A program made the translations under genes and the position numbers. DNA of 60,804 bases from a virus (lineage: Duplodnaviria; Caudoviricetes). The notes below the pieces were generated by a model. That model was not told where the DNA came from. It searched no databases and saw only the letters and a list, made by a program, of their open reading frames with translations. This document shows, in pieces, positions 54,561 through 60,804 of this stretch (position 1 is its first letter; each line of letters starts with the position of its first letter). The stretch is taken from positions 1-60,804 of IMG/VR virus record IMGVR_UViG_3300036760_000364; one strand, given 5' to 3'.

Positions 54561-54958
54561 TCCACACTGTCCATTTCCATTTTCATGCCGAGGAGTCCGT
54601 ATCCTGTAAGATCAGAATAAGCATCCTCTCCAAGCGCATACTGGTTGCCAGATGCAATCCGCATCATCTTGTCGAACATCCTGACAAGCACCAAAACATC
54701 TTTGTATTGTTCAACCTTGATACCAGCAGGATAGAGTATACACAAAAAATCCATGCTTTTTGAGAAGGCATCTCCATAAGCCTCATTTTTCTCCTGCACC
54801 AGCTGTCCAACACCCTCAGCGAGTTCGACAAAGGAAAGGGGCTTGATTTCACCCACCGGTTGATCCCCCGGTAAATCGGATATCTTTCCAAACAACGGCT
54901 TTGTATCTTCGGGCTTGAAACCCGAACATTCTTTACTAAACTTGCAGCGTTCGATCAT
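54557..54958 (-). CDS. DUF1599 / Nmad1-like nucleotide-modification-associated protein
   Basis: EKN.AYGD...R..DK..RI...ED...DL.GY.LL. Confidence 0.75.
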   Translation of the reverse strand: MIERCKFSKECSGFKPEDTKPLFGKISDLPGDQPVGEIKPLSFVELAEGVGQLVQEKNEAYGDAFSKSMDFLCILYPAGIKVEQYKDVLVLVRMFDKMMRIASGNQYALGEDAYSDLTGYGLLGMKMEMDSVE

Positions 54959-54980
54959 TTTTTACCTCCTCCTGGCATTA

Positions 54981-55340
54981 TTATTTTGTTACCGCATTTT
55001 GAGCATTCCCACCGGCTTCCACGTATTCTAAATATTCAATCGGTTTGTGCATCTCGGTCATCAAAGCAATCTCCTCTTTTATCCCCTTTGATTCCTCCCA
55101 ACCATCACACAGCACGATAATCATTTTCTCGCATATATCAAGAAAAACCTTATTATATTTCCCCCAAAACGCCCAGTCCAGTGGTAAGCCGTATTGAGCA
55201 ATAGGATGACAATGACTGATTGGAGAATAGACATATTCTCCGGTCTTCATTAGCTCAGAGGCTATTTTATTGGCTAGCTGAAAACGTTTTTCTCGTATCT
55301 CCTTATCAGGATGAGAGTAAGGAATTGCAAGATAAATCAT
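54981..55340 (-). CDS. DUF1937 (nucleoside deoxyribosyltransferase-like) protein
   Basis: MIYLA.PYSHPD...YSPISH.H...GW.ES.G...EI. Confidence 0.85.
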   Translation of the reverse strand: MIYLAIPYSHPDKEIREKRFQLANKIASELMKTGEYVYSPISHCHPIAQYGLPLDWAFWGKYNKVFLDICEKMIIVLCDGWEESKGIKEEIALMTEMHKPIEYLEYVEAGGNAQNAVTK

Positions 55341-55354
55341 TTTGGGGCTCCTTT

Positions 55355-56059
55355 TTAAATTCCATCGCTATACCTAAAAAGCCTTTCTGTTCTTTTATAT
55401 TGGCTGTTCTGGCTGTTCTTGTCAAGTATTGTTTTGTATTCAACCGTTTTTACACACTTAAAATCATCTGGTGCGTTATATTCACTCACGAAAACCACAT
55501 GACCTTCATTTGCTTTATCTCTGCACCATTGAAAAAATTCTGTATGATTAAAAGTATCTTTGTAGGCAGTTGTGCCCTCATAAGGCGGGTCACAATAAAT
55601 AATGCTATTCTTAGGGATTTTCATATCTAAGTAACTTCCACAGATAAACTCAACGCCGTTTAGATTTTTTGCTTGCTTTGTCAGTGCTCTACTACCCACT
55701 TCCGCATAGTTGCGGCCTTCGTTATCTTTGGCGTAACCGCCCCACCATTTACCCCCAAAACTGCACAGAAAACCAACAAAACCAACTAATTCATCGTCGT
55801 ATTTATCTTGGTTTTGTTTAATATCGTAGTACATTTCCTTGTTAACTTCAGTTGGTGGTATCCAACCCTTTTGTAACGACTTGAGTAAAGCGATAAGGTA
55901 TTTGTGACTATCGTTTCCAATCCTTTTGCCTTGCACTTTGTCTATCATATTTGCGCCACCTACAAAGGGTTCCACCCAAAACATTTCTGGCTTTCTTTCA
56001 GCAAGCATAACTGGCAAAATGTATTTTGCTATTTTGTTTTTACTTCCCATGTATCGCAT
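55355..56059 (-). CDS. DNA N6-adenine methyltransferase (Dam/D12-like)
   Basis: YMGSK, EPFVGG.N, IYCDPPY, FVSEY. Confidence 0.9.
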   Translation of the reverse strand: MRYMGSKNKIAKYILPVMLAERKPEMFWVEPFVGGANMIDKVQGKRIGNDSHKYLIALLKSLQKGWIPPTEVNKEMYYDIKQNQDKYDDELVGFVGFLCSFGGKWWGGYAKDNEGRNYAEVGSRALTKQAKNLNGVEFICGSYLDMKIPKNSIIYCDPPYEGTTAYKDTFNHTEFFQWCRDKANEGHVVFVSEYNAPDDFKCVKTVEYKTILDKNSQNSQYKRTERLFRYSDGI

Positions 56060-56250
56060 TATCTTTCAACCTCTATGCCCCGTGCCACATAATGAACACA
56101 TCTCCAACAGCCTCCTATCTCCTCCGGCACATAAAACACATAAAACTTCCAGTAACGTGTAAACCAACTCTTCGGGATGTCGGATTCAAACCTGCCACAT
56201 GCGCCGTTCAAGGGACATGAGGCATTAGTACAACAATTAATCTCAGCCAT
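56059..56250 (-). CDS. Small Cys-rich protein
   Basis: I.CC.N..CPL...C.RF. Confidence 0.6.
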   Translation of the reverse strand: MAEINCCTNASCPLNGACGRFESDIPKSWFTRYWKFYVFYVPEEIGGCWRCVHYVARGIEVER

Positions 56251-56268
56251 TTCTGGTGCTCCCTGTAT

Positions 56269-58674
56269 TCATTTCAATTCCCCCCACGACCTTCCTTGTT
56301 TCATATCCACAGGTATTGTATATTCAAGTCCTGTATAGTAAGCCTTTAAGGAAAGGGACATACAATCCTTTACTATTGGTATAACAAACTCGACATGTTC
56401 CATTGGACATTGTAAAAGCAATTGATCGTGTACTTGCAAAAGACTTTGAACTTTATGTGCCAGCAGAGCTTCGTTTCTACTAATCCTCTTAAACGCTGTC
56501 TCTGTTAAATCCGCCACTGTCGATTGGGGAATATGGGCCACCAACTCCTTCAGGCTTTTTCCTGACGGTCTCCCCAGGTAAACCCGTTTTCTGCCAAAAC
56601 AATTCCATACTGTTCGATTTGCAAGGATATCTTTCATAATGCGCTCGTGGAAAGCTCGCAAACCCGGATAATGTGCGAAGTAAGCCTCCTGGAATCTCCT
56701 GGCCTCCTTTTCTAAAATTGCATAGTTAGGGCCGAGTTCCCGTAGCACGGCATCAACTATACCACGTGGGGAAATCCCATAGTCACAGGCGTGACCGATT
56801 CTTTTACCCAGCTGCCGCTCGTCATTGTTAATAACCTCTTTCTCGAAGATTGCCTTGGCGTTTTCAGTGTGGATATCACGTCCTTCCTCGAACACCTGAA
56901 TGAGTCGTACATCTCCCGACTCATAGGCCATCACCCGTACCTCCGCCTGACTGTAATCCGGCCCCAACATCGTGAACCCCTCATCCGCCACAAACAAGTC
57001 CCGAATTGGAACTTTCGTTTTGCGATGGATATTTTGTAGATTCCGGCCCGTTCCCCAAGGGCTACCTGATGACGCAAGCCGCCCTGTCTCAGTCGTACAG
57101 GCAAGAGTTGTACGAATCCGCCCATCGCTATCGCATTTCATACACAGCATCTCGTGGAGCTCTTCAAGTTCCCGAAGGTCGAGAATTATCTGGAGTACGG
57201 GATGATGAGTCTTCGCCTGAAGCTTTAAAAGAGCGTCCTCATCGGTACTCAGCTTTTTTCCGAAGGCGCTTTTGGGTAATTTTAAATGCGTGTAGATGAG
57301 TTCCTTAAGTTGCGCCGGACTCCGGTAGTTAATCCACTTAACGAGACCCTTACAGGCAGGACATTCCTTGACCTTCTTCTTGCCTATCGTTCCAACTCCC
57401 TTGCATTTCTTACATACCCAGGTGTCAGGAATGTACTTATTCAAATCAACAAGCTTTTCAACAATCATATCCTCAACAACTTTCTTTTGCTCACCTTGCT
57501 TCTTTCGGTCGAACTTGATCCCCCGCATTGTCATATCCACGAAGATCGGCACAAGCTCCATCTCAAACTCAAACTGCTTACGAGTACCGGTTAGTGCGAT
57601 TTCAGATTGAAGAGGCTCGATCATTTCAAATACCGAACAGGCATCGAGACAATTATAATGCCATAACTTTTTATAATCCCGAATGCGTTTCCAGTCTTTG
57701 TTCTCATCTTTCCAGAAAGGCCGATCTGTATAAATGGAAGCAAGAGTTCCCAGGTCTTTCGGCATTTCTGACCAGGCCGCATGATGTGCCACCATAGTAT
57801 CAAACCACAGGTTATCTACCGGGAATCCTTTGCGTTGCAACCAACTCATATCGTATTGAAAATTTTGCCCGACTTTTTTAACTTTAGAGTCCATTAAGAG
57901 ATCCTTTAACTCTCCTGTAATCTCTTGATAGTCTCCATTTTGCCAATAAGGTTGGTTGTTTTCATAGAATGGAATGCAGATGGCGGTAGTCTTTGCACAG
58001 GACAAGCCGATGCACAGGATTTGATAATACCGAAAGGTCTCAATATCCACCGATACAATGCCAACCTGACGACATTTCTCGATATAAGCAAGAGCCTGCT
58101 CGATAGTCGGGCGCAGAATAAAATTCTCCGGGGGCAAGATGATTTTGGGGTGTAGGGATTCCCGCTTGGCTTTTCGCAGGTCGAGGATAGCCAGGGGCCT
58201 TGCTTCCCAATTCTGTATAATGCCGCTGGGGTGATACGTCGGAACGCATTTTGCTCCCCACTTCGAGGGAACAATTGAGCCACGCCACTTGCCTATTCCC
58301 TGTAAGCCGGTAATGGCATGAAGAGCAAAACGCCCGAGAGGAACAATGACATTGGGGTTTACGCCCTTAAGCTCCTGTTCAAGATAGGCCCACCACTCCT
58401 GGAGTTCCAAGGTTGGTTTAGTACAAGATTTATCAAGATACATAACGGAGAAGTCGTTCCGAGGAAGCTTGTATCTTACAATATTTGTAATGAATGTGTC
58501 TTCCCGCCGGATTCCCGCACGTTGCAGTTCATTATTTAATTCTCGCCCGGCGGGGCCAACAAAAGGTCTTGGCGTAGGACGATAAGCCATCTCCTCTGCG
58601 CCGGGGGCTTCTCCACAAAAGGCAATCTTTGCGCCCTTTTTTCCCTGGGGTTGAATTTGGATATCGAGGGTCAT
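56269..58674 (-). CDS. polA: Family A DNA polymerase with N-terminal uracil-DNA-glycosylase-like domain
   Basis: UDG: GEAPG, PFVG.AG, TYHPS; exonuclease: DIET, NFQYD, YNCLD; polymerase: TGRLAS, DYSQAE, R...K......YG, QVHD. Confidence 0.93.
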   Translation of the reverse strand: MTLDIQIQPQGKKGAKIAFCGEAPGAEEMAYRPTPRPFVGPAGRELNNELQRAGIRREDTFITNIVRYKLPRNDFSVMYLDKSCTKPTLELQEWWAYLEQELKGVNPNVIVPLGRFALHAITGLQGIGKWRGSIVPSKWGAKCVPTYHPSGIIQNWEARPLAILDLRKAKRESLHPKIILPPENFILRPTIEQALAYIEKCRQVGIVSVDIETFRYYQILCIGLSCAKTTAICIPFYENNQPYWQNGDYQEITGELKDLLMDSKVKKVGQNFQYDMSWLQRKGFPVDNLWFDTMVAHHAAWSEMPKDLGTLASIYTDRPFWKDENKDWKRIRDYKKLWHYNCLDACSVFEMIEPLQSEIALTGTRKQFEFEMELVPIFVDMTMRGIKFDRKKQGEQKKVVEDMIVEKLVDLNKYIPDTWVCKKCKGVGTIGKKKVKECPACKGLVKWINYRSPAQLKELIYTHLKLPKSAFGKKLSTDEDALLKLQAKTHHPVLQIILDLRELEELHEMLCMKCDSDGRIRTTLACTTETGRLASSGSPWGTGRNLQNIHRKTKVPIRDLFVADEGFTMLGPDYSQAEVRVMAYESGDVRLIQVFEEGRDIHTENAKAIFEKEVINNDERQLGKRIGHACDYGISPRGIVDAVLRELGPNYAILEKEARRFQEAYFAHYPGLRAFHERIMKDILANRTVWNCFGRKRVYLGRPSGKSLKELVAHIPQSTVADLTETAFKRISRNEALLAHKVQSLLQVHDQLLLQCPMEHVEFVIPIVKDCMSLSLKAYYTGLEYTIPVDMKQGRSWGELK

Positions 58675-58774
58675 CCTTGTATTATGCCTTCCCGTAGGCT
58701 TTCCCGCAAACAGGGTTTTGGAGGTCTGCTGGTTGTATTGTAATACAGATTTGTATTATAGAGGAGGGTCATTC

Positions 58775-59026
58775 TTATTTTTCCTTTCCTACCCAATCTT
58801 CTGTATGGGACAAAGTTAACCCAAATGACCTGCACAACAGGAATGTCGCTCGCTTCATCCTTTCTAACTTGGCATAACGCTTGGTGGTAATACTATGACA
58901 CTGGTAAAGCTCGAACTTTCCTTGAGACGTTCTCCAACCCCAAAAGAGCGTAGCATAATAACCCAAAGAGTCCTTTCGCCAGATAATGGCGCAATTTTTA
59001 TTGAGAACGTGTTTCTGGCGTATCAT
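58775..59026 (-). CDS. Hypothetical protein
   Basis: ORF in the operon. Confidence 0.55.
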   Translation of the reverse strand: MIRQKHVLNKNCAIIWRKDSLGYYATLFWGWRTSQGKFELYQCHSITTKRYAKLERMKRATFLLCRSFGLTLSHTEDWVGKEK

Positions 59027-59158
59027 TTTTTATTCACCTGGTGCATCAAAATAATTATTATCGCAATAGTGCAGCCATGAGTATCAAGGTTAATGTAAGA
59101 TTGCACATGGAAGCTAAAAATGCCAGCCACACTATCCAGTGTATTTGATCAATTTGTC

Positions 59159-59554
59159 TCAATAGTCACCTCCGACCTCTAGAGCAGCCTTCTGTTCGTT
59201 TTCCTTTTGTTTACCGACTCGTTCCTTGATTTCCCTAACATACTCTTTATTACAAAAAGGTTCAAGCACATTTGCAATAATATTCTGACACGATAGCCCT
59301 TCGATATTTCCCACACAATTTATCCCATAATAATGTTTCCATATACGGTCTACTTTGGAGGTGCTGAGCCAATCCGTTATAATTTCTCCTTGATTTTGAA
59401 GCCAGGCTCTTGCACAGCTACCCTGCTTGCCCAGCCGAAAAAAAACCTCAACTAACTCATTTTTCTCATTAACATCAACCGTAACATAAAGCCAACCACA
59501 CTTTGACTTGAAACGTGGAGTCTTACCTAAAAGTGTTTCGGGGCGTTTTGGCAC
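59159..59554 (-). CDS. Stand-alone TSCPD-domain protein (class II RNR C-terminal-like)
   Basis: RP..L.G.T.....CG.LYVT......EVF..LGK.G.C...GI.C...SC...IA..L. Confidence 0.8.
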   Translation of the reverse strand: MPKRPETLLGKTPRFKSKCGWLYVTVDVNEKNELVEVFFRLGKQGSCARAWLQNQGEIITDWLSTSKVDRIWKHYYGINCVGNIEGLSCQNIIANVLEPFCNKEYVREIKERVGKQKENEQKAALEVGGDY

Positions 59555-59875
59555 AGCTACCTCCTTTAATTAGATTTATTATTACGGAGCCCCCCACCTG
59601 AGCTTATTCCGCATTGCCATCCCCCCACCAGCCCTTACGCCATACCACCCTTCTGTTAAATACGCCAACCTGTATGTGATTTTAAGGACTAGCCCACTTA
59701 TCTGCTAGCAAGATAAGTTTTGTTCCACTCATGGATAAGGCCCTCATCGGGGCTTCTACTACCATAGTAACTTTCCATAAGCCGTTATATTCCTTATACA
59801 GTAGGATTGTTCGTTTTTCGCTTTCGTTGACGTAGTACCCTCTTCCTGTGATCCTCTCATTGTGCTTCAGATGGC

Positions 59876-60319
59876 TTAAAATGCTTCTGGTGCCGACATT
59901 ACAATCCGCTTGATTGTGTTGCGATCTCCAAACTCATCAGAGTGCTCAAGACCCAACTTGGCCTTAAATTCACAATTGATCCAACTATCCGTATCGATAC
60001 CTTTAGTCGGTTCACCGTCCACGCCAACATCCCCAATAGCTTTCTTGAATCTCCTGATGTTCCCTATAGTGCTCTGAACCTGGTCGCTTGTTTCTTCACC
60101 TGTAAGCAAAAAAAGTGTCTTTCTTACAAGCTGCGGGTTTTCTACCTCCGAATCGGTAACCTTGCATAATATATCAAGTGTATGATAGGGCTTGTTTTTC
60201 TTCTCGCTTACACCCTCTTTCTCCTCGATGCTCACAATTTTGAGGGTATAGACCTGATCAAGCCCCTTGATGACCTGTGGCTCAATGTAACCTGACAGGT
60301 CAATATCGATGTAACTCAT
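59876..60319 (-). CDS. SSB-like protein (DUF669-like)
   Basis: Y.LKI...E...F..A.G...G.RN.I pattern; in the Sak4/nuclease module across the junction. Confidence 0.6.
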   Translation of the reverse strand: MSYIDIDLSGYIEPQVIKGLDQVYTLKIVSIEEKEGVSEKKNKPYHTLDILCKVTDSEVENPQLVRKTLFLLTGEETSDQVQSTIGNIRRFKKAIGDVGVDGEPTKGIDTDSWINCEFKAKLGLEHSDEFGDRNTIKRIVMSAPEAF

Positions 60320-60322
60320 GAT

Positions 60323-60382
60323 TTAGCGTCCTCCTTTCTTGATTTTTTTGGCTTCTTTCCCTGTTGGAACTTTCTTTGGCAT
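60323..60382 (-). CDS. 19-aa Lys-rich peptide
   Basis: AAGGAG RBS; MPKKVPTGKEAKKIKKGGR; identical in both terminal copies where they overlap. Confidence 0.4.
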   Translation of the reverse strand: MPKKVPTGKEAKKIKKGGR

Positions 60383-60804
60383 CTCTGACTCCTTTCTTCC
60401 TTCAAGCGTTGTTACTAAACAAACTTTTGGAATACCCTTACAAAGCATTAGAGGGAGAAGGAAGAGCTTTTTCTGCAACCTCACATCCACCTAGTTTCGG
60501 TTTCGATTCTGCCGTTGAGTTTAAAACAGCATCAATTGCTCTTCCTACCAGCCTTGTATCACAAAACCGCTTTTGTTGAATCAAGTATATACAATACTGT
60601 GACAGTACATCGATACAACGATCATACAAGGTATCCATTTACCTCCTTTCTTCTGGAGCTTTATTAAATTTCTTCTATTGTTACCGCAACCTTGACAAAT
60701 TTATCTCCGGGTGTAAGGTAATCCTCGTCCTTGACTTGATAAGTTGTCGCCTTGTTGATATCCTTGATGTATTTTCCATGATCGGCATCAAAGTACGAGC
60801 CGCA
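60332..60804. repeat. Terminal direct repeat, copy B
   Basis: Matches 1-492 with internal substitutions and an indel. Confidence 0.95.
60438..60638 (-). CDS. Hypothetical protein (allele B)
   Basis: Allele of 84-326 with a different C-terminus. Confidence 0.75.
   Translation of the reverse strand: MDTLYDRCIDVLSQYCIYLIQQKRFCDTRLVGRAIDAVLNSTAESKPKLGGCEVAEKALPSPSNAL

Noticed and set aside
59555-59875. Cobalamin riboswitch upstream of the TSCPD gene
   Set aside because: B12-box and the conserved GGGAA / GCCACTG elements were not found
1-60804. Genome-wide TAG or TGA reassignment
   Set aside because: Long genes are intact in code 11 and many end at TAG or TGA directly before the next start

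Overview
The window is an apparently complete genome of about 60.3 kb from a tailed dsDNA bacteriophage. It looks podovirus-like: no tape measure, tail tube or sheath was recognised, and it has large internal-virion proteins. It was assembled with a roughly 480-bp terminal overlap whose two copies are divergent alleles. Minus strand, 14.4 kb down to 1 and continuing 60.8 kb down to 51.9 kb: small early genes, PD-(D/E)XK nuclease, pentapeptide-repeat protein, Sak4-like ATPase, SSB-like protein, stand-alone TSCPD protein, UDG-PolA fusion, Dam-like MTase, DUF1937, DUF1599/Nmad1, DUF3987-like protein and a metallophosphoesterase. Plus strand, 14.7-51.8 kb: TerS-like protein, lysis genes, TerL, portal, an inserted Panacea/SocA-like gene, an AT-rich fibre module, scaffold, capsid, adaptor/tail and internal virion proteins, then an ATP-grasp + HExxE + SAM-decarboxylase-like cluster. 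No integrase, tRNA, CRISPR array or reverse transcriptase was recognised. Main observations: (1) two complete sigma54 promoters with IHF sites and identically spaced TGACA-N5-TGTCA enhancer pairs, plus tandem NrdR-like boxes, suggesting the phage programme is gated by host signals; (2) an ATP-grasp/HExxE/SpeD amine-ligation cluster with an in-frame amber codon; (3) an early gene carrying a capsid-protein fragment; (4) a near-canonical integron attC site without an integrase; (5) an orphan Panacea-type antitoxin inserted behind the portal gene. All protein calls come from motif recognition by eye, not from database searches.
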